Assembly: GCA_043228905.1 (NCBI GenBank)
Contig: JBHGNT010000010.1
Span: forward strand, 19,840,001 to 19,904,000
Source of the DNA: Azolla caroliniana
Lineage: Eukaryota > Plantae > Polypodiophyta
Direction of reading: 5' to 3'
DNA: 64,000 nt
The notes beneath the pieces were generated by a model, which saw only the letters and a list, made by a program, of their open reading frames with translations, was not told where the DNA came from and did not search any database. This document shows, in pieces, positions 52,901 to 64,000 of this stretch; position 1 is the stretch's first letter, and each line of letters begins with the position of its first letter. The translations under genes and the position numbers were made by a program.

Positions 52901-55900
52901 CAGGAAGTATCTCCATTCTAACAATGCATAATATTAGATTTTGGAAGCTCCAGAATTACCTACTTTACCTAAGAGCAAGCCAACACTACCAGAATTTCAA
53001 GTAATGAAATTTCAGAATCTGCTAATTGGTTCTGTGAAGTATTCACTTTCAAAATGCTGATTTGCCTCCAAATTAATACCAGGAATTTCACCTTCGAACT
53101 TCAGAACGTGCACTTCAGCATTGTGGTGTAGCATCTGTTTCTTCAGCAGATTCTTCAATGGTGATGCTCTTGCAAGTTTATGTTGATTGTGTTCATTTAA
53201 ATGTTTCTCTCATAGGAGCTCATATTCACCATATAATGTTCCTCTCATCAAAGTCTGTGTATACCATGAAACGTTCCTATCCTAATAGCTCATATTGATA
53301 TGTTTCTCTGATAAAAGCTTGTGCGTACCATGAAATATATCACGATATGTTTCTCACATAAGAGCTCATGTATACAATGGGAATTTACTCAAATGAGCCC
53401 TAATGTATCATTGCTTAACAGTTTGAGGATTTGAGACAACGTCCAAAGTCAGTTCCTGCTGAGCCTAGGGAGCCACAGTTGGCAACAGCAGCTCGTGCAC
53501 GGCCTGCTAAGTAATGATCATTTGTTTTTAGCAAATTGGCACATTCTTCCAATACTGTTATTTAATTTGAAAATTCTCTCCTAGAGTTAAAAGCACAGAG
53601 GAACGGGAACAAGAAGAACTTGCAAAAATTCCCAAGTTTAAAGCTCGACCTCTTGATAAGAAGGTACTAATAACAAACATATTTAGCAACTAATGTGCAT
53701 CATGTGATACTTCTTTATAAATAAAATCATCATTTTTCTGGTACAGATATTTTTTAGCCGTGGTGATTTGGGAATTCTCAGGAATACTAAACGGCAAGTG
53801 ACCATGCCAGAGGTATGTGGCGATATATTACAATAATATTCTCTCAATGTTTAGAACTAATATCAAATTTCATTGTTTCATCATCCATTCAAAACAGGAG
53901 TTCCATTTTGCAACTGATCAGAGAATCCATTGCCAACCTGAAGTTCCTCTAGATTTATTTAGTCAGGTGCTTTACCTTTCTAGTGATTCGGAAATCAGTT
54001 AAAAAATTTCATTCAGTGTACTGATTTTACCTGATTTCTCTTGGATAGCTCTCTCTAAATTCTCAGCAGGAGAATCATCCTCCAAAGCCAACAAGGCCAG
54101 AACCATTTCATCTTCTTACTGAGGTACTCATGTTAATCTTGCTATGAATGCTACTCAAACAGAATCATTTTTATCTTAAAATTGGTTGGATAGCTAATCA
54201 TTTCTTGAAGATGTTGATTAGGATCGTGGGCAGAAAAAGCATGATCGCATGCTTACAGAGCTTAAAGAGAATGAACTCAGAGAAAGAGATCAGAGAATTC
54301 CAAAAGCTAATCCCTTGCCATATACAACAGATTATCCTGATGTAAGAATTAGTTAGGTTACTAATGACGGTTGGTATAAAAATCAAACCTTCAACACAGA
54401 ATGTAACTATAGATTTCCACATCATAAAAATCTTCTACTTCTAATTACTCTTTTGAACAAATCTTTCACATTTCTTAGAGGAAAATCTTAACTATTTTTG
54501 TTGCTTGCAGATACCTGCTAAACCTGAACCTAAAGAATGTACCAAACCCCTACCCTTTTCTTTGGAAAGTGTAATGCGGCATGAGGAAGAGATGGCGAGG
54601 ATAGCTGAAGAAAAATTTCAGCTTGAGCAGGAGGAAGCTGAACGAAGAAAGTTTCATGCGCAACCCATTACTTGCTTGTAATATTTTTCTCCTCTCACTA
54701 GTTCATGTTATGTTGGGTTCAACCTTTCTCAAAATGTTTATTTCTCAAATGCTAAAATTCTATATCGATGCATCTCATTAAAATTCCTATCACTAAATAG
54801 ACTTCCATATGAACCATGAACAATTGAACATGACATATGTCCATATGTCCATATCGGTGATACTTCTATCCATCATTTACTTTTGGTTGGCAGTAAGGCT
54901 CAAATGTCACTTGTAAATGATAAATTGTGACTGTAGCCTTTGTTCTCCATACTAATTCATTAATCTTTTGGTTAGTTCGTTATAATTGTGAGAGCCAGAT
55001 GCATTCTAATATTTCTAATTTGATGGCATTCTATTATCTGTTTTATGTTGCTACAGGGGTCCAGTCTTTGTTCCAGAAAGGTCAAGGATACCCCTGACAG
55101 AAACTCAGGAGTTTGCACTAAAAGTGGACACTCGTGCAGTTGAGCGGGCAGATTTTGATAGAAAGGTATGTAACTAAATCTTACAAACCTAAAAGGTTCA
55201 TTGGTCAGATGCTGAAATAAGCATTTTTGGCTTACATCTTAGTAGCCAGTAGCATTACGATTTATTCAAAATTGAACCAACTGTTTTCTGGAAATTTTGA
55301 TATGTTATTTGGTGTTGCTTCTATTTGAGTGGGTAGTAATTTTCTCCATTCGTTCTATAGTTGACATACCATCTCTTACTGTAGGTAAATGAAAAGCAAA
55401 ACAATTACAAAAGATTCCGAGAGGAATACGAAGCTGCACGTAAGGTATGTACAAGAACTGAAACAATCAGTATTGATTGTCAATGGATGAATTGCATACA
55501 CGATCGACCTTGCTCTCTTCTTGTACAGGCCGAGGAGGACCGACTTATAAAATACATGAGGCAGACTATGGTGCCACATGCTCGACCAGTACCTGCTTTT
55601 GACAAACCTTTTGTTCCTAAAAGGTGAGAAACATGGCAAATAGTGCATTTTTTCAAAATACAGTTCCAAAATACACCAACAGGTTGTAGATATTTTCCAG
55701 AATCCCCGCCCTAAAAGATAAAAATTGCACTTTACAATGGTATTGATTTGTACACTTTTCATTAATGGCTGAGTAAGCTATCCACTCTTTGCAGGTGTTT
55801 GAAGGAGCCTACTAGACCCTGTTCCCCCAAGCTGCATGTGTCACAGAGGCGGGAACGAAGGAATTCTCTTACATTTCGTAGACAATCCCTGACATTCAGT

Positions 55901-55927
55901 ATTCAGAAGCGAGTTCAAATGAGATGA
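49966..55927 (+). CDS. TPX2: TPX2 microtubule/spindle protein (many short exons)
   Basis: N-terminal Aurora-binding-like DPDFEFCAPQYYDF...ERWF; AIKKQKLEGGR; LTMPRSFNFSTERR; RVKSTAELEAEMLAKMPKFKARPLNKKI; QEFHFATD; IPLTETQEFALKVDTRAVERADFD; MVPHARPVPAFDKPFVPKR; TGA at 55925-55927. Confidence 0.94.
53201..53380. repeat. Degenerate ~35-bp minisatellite in TPX2 intron
   Basis: ATGTTTCTC.CATA..AGCTCAT.T..ACCATG-like unit recurring about 5 times. Confidence 0.6.
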
Positions 55928-58900
55928 TGATTTCTTTGATTGGATCACATTCTGTTACATAAAGCCTAACCACTACCACCCCTGTATACAAAAATCAGTA
56001 TAGTCGACCTTGTAAATTCTGTGTTACCCCTTAATCTAGTATGGGGTGATACCATGGCAAACGCTTCAATGGGTATTGCATTTGTGTGCAATGACATGAC
56101 CACACTGATAACCGCTCCATCAGCTATCTATCTATTTTGGTCACATTGTATCCCTCTCTTTCTCTGTGTCAATTCTACTTGCTTTGGTTAAGCATTCAAC
56201 TTAATCATCAGTTCGATATTCCATTCCTTGTTTTGGAAACCTTTCAGAGTGTTCCATTGATGGGAATAAAGATTAACAACACATCACGATTATTCCAATG
56301 GGAAGAAATGTCGTTCATTCTTTACAAAAGTGTTTTGTATCCTTTAACATGGAAGTTTCCTCTGAACGAGTCATAATGAATTTTGTCGATTACGAGTCTT
56401 TTATGTATGCATGCAGTGCTTTCAAATATGAACCAAATAAAAGAACTGGTTCTAATGTCATAGTATAGTTAGTCCAAACTACTCTATGAACTCATCTCAT
56501 GCAACTTAATGCGTTTTGTGAAAGTGTACTTAATGCTGGGTTTAAAAGAGCCGCTGGGAACCGCACACCTAACCATCTTAGATGCATGGGCATGTCCTAA
56601 GGTGCACCAAATGCCAGGTCCATAAGAATGTCGTTTATGAGATGAGGTTTGTTGAAGACTTCTACTTTCATTTTGTGTTTAATGAAGGTAGGTGAAGTTT
56701 TAAGTTTTCTTGAGTTCCAGTTACCTTTGGAACAAGGTCAAAGAGGAAAACACTAGGGAATCTACATCTTTAATGTTCAATCATGGATGATCCTAAATAA
56801 ACTTCTTTGGTTCGTAGTTGGCTAGATAGAATGTATGTAATCTGCAATGGTTCCTTTTTAAATTCTTTGACGTAGAGTCCTTACACCACTTCCCAATATG
56901 TGTGGAGGTTTGCAATCATTTTGTTGACATGGGTTTCTTCATATGTTGTGTTGAGTTCTCTCAAGGTGTAATACTTTATTAACATATACCACTAGAGGAA
57001 TTTTTTTTGGATATCAACAGTCCATTGCAAGGTCAAAACTATTGTCACAGTAAGGTGCGACAACTAACGAATGTTTCATGTGAAACATGGGGATTATTTA
57101 TAGTGGATCCAATTACAATAAGAAGATGTGTTTATTAGTTTGAGTTTCTTGTCTCACAATTGTTTATGACTAATGAATTTCATGATATGGTGGGATGTAT
57201 TGTGCACTATTAGTTAGTCATAAATTGGATACATACAACAAGATGAAGCGTACATGGTTTTAAGGCATCTTCCAAGCAGTTAGAGTCTTGGCTTGACAAA
57301 CTTGAATGTTATTATGTTGTTAGGATTCTAGTAGTATGCCTCAAGCTAAGGTTGGTTCAATCAAGTTAGTTCCAAAGATGGTAGTACCTACGTCATTTTA
57401 TCAATGCCAACCAATTTCTTTGATATGGGGTTGCATAAAGTGTTTCTCGAAGTAAATATCTTATGCAAATAGATTACCAAAGAAATTTTTGAAGTTGATA
57501 TACTAGTCCATGACAATTTCATTGCAAATAGGAAGACATTGCAAATTTTGCTCTTTGAATACTCATTAAGAATTGATTATGATGTAGTTGGATTTGTAGA
57601 AAAGCTTTAGATAATTATTGGTCCTTTGTTTTAGGGTCAATGCATCAAATGTGATTTCCACCATGTATGTCCCTCTTTATATCTTTATCAGCCCAAGATA
57701 TCATGTCCCAAGTAAGGCTTAAGGGTATAGTTACATGATACATCAAATATTGCCCTCACAATAATGGAGTTAGAGCATATCTATCAAAGTTGAAGTGAAT
57801 TATGATATCACAATTTTGTTTATTGGAGCAAATGAAAATTCTTTTGGTGTCCCACTACCCATTTAGTAGTGACGCCATTGTAATGTTTTCCACACACATT
57901 TATTAATATTGTTGTACCATTAAGATAGATAGATAGATATCTTTTAACATCCATGAGATGAGGCTTAGCCTTGTTCTTCCCTTTTGGTGACTATATTGAC
58001 ATCATCAAATTACCAAATAACATCATCTCAATTTCGAACCTTGATGGCCAAGCAATGAAGCAATATTCCAACCCATATTTTGCCACTATAGAGCTATATA
58101 TAACAAAAGGTGGCTCAAATCGTCTTTATTGAGAAGTTGCCTCAATGTACTTCAAACTCTATCACCTCTTGCACAACCACATTCACACCTTCAACATTTT
58201 GGTAAGGACTTGCAATACATTTCATGACCCATCAATGACATTGCCATTGGTACGATGATGGAAGTCTAGGTGCAAGATATGAGGGCACGAGCAAAAGCTA
58301 GAGAATCTAAAGCCTTGTGGCAACACTAGTTTGCGATGGCTATAAAGGTCATTTTTATGCCTTTTAGAGGGGTTCTTCATTCTTTGAGATTTAGAATAGA
58401 GTTTTTCTCTCTACCTCTCCAAGAATAACATATTATGTCAAATTTGGCCCTTAAAGCCAAAACAACAACCTAAATAGGATTAAATGTATCTAACAATTGG
58501 TGGTAAAAATCCCTACCTCTTGAAAACACTTGAGTCCAAGTGTCCATTATGAACATCATGCCCAAGTGTCCACTTGTGCCAAAATGTTCATTTATGTAAA
58601 TGTAAATGTCGATGACCTTCGAGTTCATGTCAAACTTGCACCCCCATGTACCCAACCCATACTTATGTACATTGGGGTAAATTGTCATTGGATTTTCCAT
58701 TTGGATCACTTAGTTGTGTTCTTGCTCGAAAGATACGAAGAGTCGTATTTCTCCAAAAAAATTCTACTTCCATTAGTTAAGAAAAAGTACATAGGATAAT
58801 ATACAACTCATATGTTACAAGCCACTTTGCAATGGCTACAAGAAAACATCATGTATAAATGAAGCAACAAAGCCTCATCACAAAATTACTCGACAGACTC

Positions 58901-59739
58901 CCTTCAACATGAGCCTCACACAACCCACATTCAACGAAGAGTCATATTTCTAATTTAACTTTGGTTGGGTAAATTGGCTTACTTTTTACCCTTTTTTAAT
59001 ATCTACTTATTTTTTCAAGGTTTCTTTTTGCTATTTTCGTTCTTATCTGTCTCCTTGCTCTCCTAGTTTTAAAGAATTAGAGAAAACTGATGTAGCTCTA
59101 AAACGTTGTGAATAATAAGATAACATGTGTTGTGCATTGTGTACGTGCTTGTTGGACAAGGGGACTTGGAAGCGAAAGATAATTTTGCGTCTATAGAGAC
59201 GGGTCAATATTTACTCATGGGACTTGAGTATACAAGTTTTCCTAATGTGCATCTCCTACTAAAGAAGGGATTTTCATACTTCAAAACACAAAGTCTCGAT
59301 GTCTGAAGAAGATATACATATGACCTCAACCTTCTAGGTGTTCCCATTATGGTATTCAACTCATTACCACCTTTTAATATATGTATCATAATTGGGATAT
59401 GCATTGCTTTTGTATCTGATGATAGGCATGGAGTTAGAATATATATATATGAAAGCTCAAGGGAGTACTAAAATGGTAAATGTTTTTATTGGAGCAAGTT
59501 AAAATTCTTTCCTCGATGGAGCTTTCATCTTTTATGTTAGCAATTTAACGTGTCCCACTACATGTGTAATAGTGATAACACTGAATTGTGGTACCATTCT
59601 AGTGTTCTCACACACGTAATTGTATGTTTTTTCAATATATAGATGTAACTCAATTGGTAAGGTTGTTTGGGAAGGTTATGTGTTCAGCCTCTACATTCTA
59701 CAATAACATCTAATGATTTAAGAAAATATGTATGGTATA

Positions 59740-59741
<2 letters not shown>

Positions 59742-59790
<49 letters not shown>
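59742..59790. repeat. (GA)n microsatellite
   Basis: Read directly from the sequence. Confidence 0.9.
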
Positions 59791-59792
<2 letters not shown>

Positions 59793-61541
59793 TCCAACCC
59801 ACATGGATGTAGTTCTTTGCCTTAACAATAACTTTGGTGTTAATATTTGACTTCTCGTGTTCTGGTTGGATTTGTTAGAGATCCACGCCTTGTATTACAC
59901 TAAGCTTCCAGATATAGTCTTGTCACACCTCAATATGCTTCGATGGACTTTGTTGTCTAGGAGAAAAGGTTCCCTTAATTGTTGTTATAAAAGGTTGCTT
60001 CCGCAAAGCATGTGTGCCAATGTACTTCCACCACTTTGATCATGAACATATAATGTTGTAGCATGGTCTTCTTTGGCCCAAGTTAGGCAATCATTTTCTT
60101 CTTCCCATTTGAGCTACAAATTTGCTTATTGACCTTGTGCATGACCTTCTTCATTCCATTTGTGGTGATGTAGGACTAGGCATGCCATACTAAAGTTCTC
60201 GAACATTGAGCTACCCTATTCACTTTCACATTTATTCTGTGAAAATGCTATATTTTGGTCTCATAGGTCCTATTTGACTTTTATTTATTTATGTAAAGAA
60301 AACATATCCTTCCATTAGTTTAAAAAGCATATCAACAACAAAATCCAAAATAGATGGAAAGGAAGTGACTATCCTTCCCCAATCCATCTTGTATAAGACA
60401 ATAGCTAGACACGAATCCTTCCTTTGATAGACTTGATTGAGAACTTTGTCAATAGCTGAGACATACCATGAATTTGCATATGCTCGAAGCAAATCAATCT
60501 TCCTCATCATGTTCATATTGAACATATCCAGATACCACATTTGGGTCATTTGATCCTTGGAAAACTTTACATGCATCCAATATACCACCACATTTTATTT
60601 TATTTTCCCAAAACAAATATCCTTCCATTAGTTGTATAAAAAGGGTCATAACATCTACAACATACAATGTTTTTTTCCCCCATCCCGTCTTGTGTAAGAC
60701 AGTGGTTGAGGAAACAAATCCAAAATAGAGAAAACAATCGAGTAATTGTAAGTTATTTCTTAGACACAATGCAAGGTATCATATCCATAGAGAACAACCA
60801 AAGTACTTATATTCGGAAAGAAGCCCTCGCAGGTCATAATTATGAACCTTTCTTCAATACTTCTTCAACCTACTCCTGCTCAACATAATCTTTATCCAAA
60901 TAACCGCAATGCTACTAGAAACTTTCAAGGTAGATAATAGTGTACACCTATATATCACAGATTTGAAGGCGATCCAATATACCACCACATTTACAATGAC
61001 CAAGCATCCTCTATTTTCCACATTCAACGTAAAACTCAAGCAAAGCATTATGGTATAAAGGTAATTTTGTATGCCTCAATCCATGATTTCAACATGTATG
61101 AGCATGCCTTCATGTAAAGACATGTGATCGGCACCCGCCTTGACGGATCTCAGCCCATCGAACAATTTATATGCATCTGATAAACTTCCACATGTTGCAT
61201 ACATATAAACTAGAGTGCTTCCAATGAGCTTCCAATGAGCATATGAAGACACAAACAATGTGATGACATTCAAAAATATTCATTCCTAATACATGCGTAA
61301 GTGCTATATAAAAGCATCCTCCCCCCATCTGTTTTCAGTCTATCTTGAAATCAATGCGGTCCAAGAGACTATATTCTGTAATGGAAGTCTTTTGAAGCCA
61401 CTTCATTTAGTTGTATCCCCATGCTTTCTCATCTCTTTAAATAGTTGAATGGCCTTGTGAGTGTACCCTAAGCTGAACATAATTCAATGCTTCTTTATCT
61501 TGGCCATTCTCTACATATCCTCTAATGAGTGAGATCCAAAG

Positions 61542-61982
61542 TGTTGGGGCTTGTCCACTCAAGTGGAGCCCACAACATTGAGTCGGTTGAACGCTGAATA
61601 GGCTGAAGGCAAGTTATAATTAGTTGTATATATATATATATATATATGCCTTTTTCTTTTTGTATGTTTTTTGGGTGTGTGTGTGTGTGTGTGTGTGAAC
61701 ACAGATCATGTATAGACGTTGGACTACAAGAAGACAAAAACAAAAAAACAGAAAAAGAGGAGAGATAGCGTGACCTGATTTTCTGAGAGAAAACAAAGAG
61801 TGGAAACAGTTTTTTTGAGACTGCAGAGAGCGAAAACAGTTTCTGAGAGTGCAGAGAGCGAAAACAGTTTCTGAGAGTGTAGAGAGCGAAAACAGTTTCT
61901 GAGAGTGCAGAGAGCGAAAACAGTTTCTGAGAGTGTAGAGAGCGAAAACAGTTTCTAAGAGTGTAGAGAGCGAAAACAGAAA

Positions 61983-62045
<63 letters not shown>

Positions 62046-62609
62046 GAAATCGAAAGAGTGAGCAAGAGGAACAATGAACTACTCTCACAAATATAGAGAC
62101 CTACGAGGGGTTGTTCGTGCTATCGAAGAACCACGATTGAACAACACTTGTCCTGTCTACTTGTTTCAGGTTTCTTCGTTTTATGTTTTTCTAGTTTCTG
62201 TTTTCTTTGGTTTTCTATCCACCCAATTGGGTGAGGATTTATAATCTGGGTCATTGTTGTATCCACCCAGTCGAGTGAAGATTGTAGCCAAGGCTGTTGT
62301 CTTGAGGCTAGGACATTTTTCTAGTCAAAACCTAGAGAGTCCGTACTCATTTGTACCCACTATTGTCTAGCTGAGGTTGTTGCCTTGAAGTAGATACATT
62401 CCTCTAGTGAGGCCGTATTTCATTGTAATCCAAATTATAGTGAAGTTGTTTGGAACCTACGGTTCCTGTGGTTTTTCCCTATTTTGGGTTTTCCACGTTA
62501 AAAATCTTGGTGTACTCTCATTTTCGTCTTGTCGTTTCATCTATTGTTTATCAAGTGTTAATTGTGTTTGAAATTTTAATTACCCCGATTCTGCTCCATA
62601 TTCCCAACA
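61542..62609 (+). mobile_element. Solo LTR (1068 bp), probably Copia-type
   Basis: Starts TGTTGGG and ends CCCAACA (7-bp inverted termini, TG...CA); perfect 5-bp TSD CAAAG at 61537-61541 and 62610-62614; Copia-like motif GTGGTTTTTCCC...GGGTTTTCCACGT near 62468-62498; no internal coding region. Confidence 0.9.
61803..61980. repeat. 28-bp tandem repeat (~6 copies) inside the solo LTR
   Basis: AGAGAGCGAAAACAGTTTCTGAGAGTGY starting at 61825, 61853, 61881, 61909, 61937 and 61965 (last partial); followed by (GA)n at 61985-62041. Confidence 0.95.
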
Positions 62610-63699
62610 CAAAGCGCCTATGAAAGCCATGTGTAAAAATATTACCATTTTTAGCTTTAATGAGCTCATCCATTTTGACGAAACAGAAAAATTTGTTCCC
62701 TCTCTATATATCTCCCATGTTGCCACATGCTTTCAACAAATCAGAAAATAAGTCTCAAAGGTCTTTCTTCTTGGCCCAAGCCTTGAGATTGCACAGAATC
62801 TCAGTTATTTCTTTCTTTTCAATTGCTCATAGACTGGCATGGACATACATATCTCCCAAGTCAGTACCAAGAACAGTTACATAGCCACATGCCTCATATT
62901 GGTGGAGGAAATACCTAGAGAGGTGGTTGATACCTCAAATGTATACAACAATTAGGTCCTATTTGAGTTTTGAATTTGCTTGTTGACTTTTTGCATGACC
63001 TTCTTCACTTCAAGTATCCTCTTTCTCAACACACCATACTCCCACTCTACATATGGGTCCAAGCTAGAAGAGTTCTAGGATCGGGCACGCCATAGTAAAG
63101 TTCTTGAACATCGAGAGTCGTTAGTCACTTTCACATTGATTGCATGAAAACACTATATTTTGGTCTACTCGATCATATTTGACATGTGAAGATGATAATA
63201 AAATCGATCCTCTATCTCACAAACACACAATCTAACAACTTGGATTGTGTAGAGCTACATTATATAGTTCTTTCTTTACCATAGGGAGGTGTAGCCACCC
63301 TATGTAGTATGGCTAATCAATAAGTTTTTTCCAGAAAATCCTACCTATTGTATAGGAATGCTTGAGTTCACTACTCGTCTAATCATGGATCATTCTAGGG
63401 TTTCCTAGGATTCTAAGTTATGCCCATGTTGTGACTATTTTCAAAGGATTCTTATTTTTGAAACCGTGGAGCACAATAGTTCTCCAAAGAGAAGAGATAT
63501 TTTGTTTGATTCATGTTTGGGTTCTTTCATGGAGTGACTAAGAAGCATCCTCAATTACTTGATTTCAAGCAATTCAAGGACTTGTTTGTAGAGTGGAGAA
63601 CATTATTGTCATTAAAATATTATAACTGAGTCTGGATAGTGAGGTCTTATGGTCGACATTTGTCTCCAATCAATATGTGTGATTTGAAAGTGACCAAAC

Positions 63700-64000
63700 A
63701 CATCACATGAAAAGATAAAGTTTTTTTGGTGGCAAATCAGGCATAATGTGGTTCCAGTTGGCGAATGGTTAGGTAAACGTGGCGGCCCGTTAGGCTGCCC
63801 ACTTTGCCATTCACCTATTGAGACTCTGAGGCATTGTCTATGGGATTGCCCTCATGCTCAAAAGGTATGGGATAGAGTGACTCACCTCCTTGCGGCATGT
63901 GAAGTGGAAGGAACAGCATCGTGGAGTGTTGCGGCATGGCTTGATCATTCTGATGATAGGTGGACGGACGCCTTCAATGCGGATAGTTGGTGCTACGTAT
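63700..64000 (+). mobile_element. L1-type LINE ORF2 zf-RVT fragment running off the window end
   Basis: From 63727: WWQIRHNVVPVGEWLGKRGGPLGCPLCHSPIETLRHCLWDCPHAQKVWDRVTHLLAAC, homologous to KAVPVGKWLSSRGGEAGCKL...ESISHCFENC at ~47650. Confidence 0.8.

Larger units (their letters stand above)
59850..62880 (-). pseudogene. Decayed PLS-class PPR gene interrupted by a solo LTR
   Basis: Minus-strand fragments with stops/frameshifts: DLLKACGNMGDI*RG (~62700), GYTHKAIQLFKEMRKHG (~61430-61470), IGSTLVYMYATCGSLSDAYKLFDGL and HEGMLIHVEI (61076-61273), CGGILDACKVF (~60570). Boundaries approximate. Confidence 0.75.

Noticed and set aside
598-55927. Functional gene cluster or horizontally acquired island
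   Set aside because: The genes are unrelated, intron-rich, typical plant genes; no intronless bacterial- or viral-like ORF was seen.
61803-61980. CRISPR-like 28-bp repeats
   Set aside because: Units are head-to-tail with no unique spacers, lie inside an LTR, and there are no cas genes in this eukaryotic context.
61522-62088. 188-aa minus-strand ORF with internal repeats
   Set aside because: Stop-free only because of the GA tract and 28-bp array in the LTR.

Overview
Eukaryotic, AT-rich, intron-rich land-plant nuclear DNA (TTTAGGG repeats, PLS-type PPR relics, plant gene families; a fern or other non-seed plant is plausible but not provable here). Seven multi-exon genes were reconstructed by hand from splice junctions: ACX4 (5' end outside window, +), cyclin C (+), an LGL/tomosyn-like WD40 + R-SNARE-motif gene (-), a SETD6/RKM3-like SET methyltransferase (-), HDA14 (+), a universal stress protein (+) and TPX2 (+). 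Mobile DNA: three fragments of one L1-type LINE group, a solo LTR with a perfect 5-bp TSD inside a decayed PPR gene, and a foldback Mutator-like MITE family in introns. The most unusual signal is repeated ~145-150 bp tandem duplication across first-exon 5' splice sites: it creates candidate recursive-splicing (CAG|GT) points in the SET gene and two in-frame alternative N-termini in HDA14. Also notable: ACX4 lacks a C-terminal PTS1, and the LGL-like gene has two GC-AG introns. Family assignments come from recalled motifs, not database searches.
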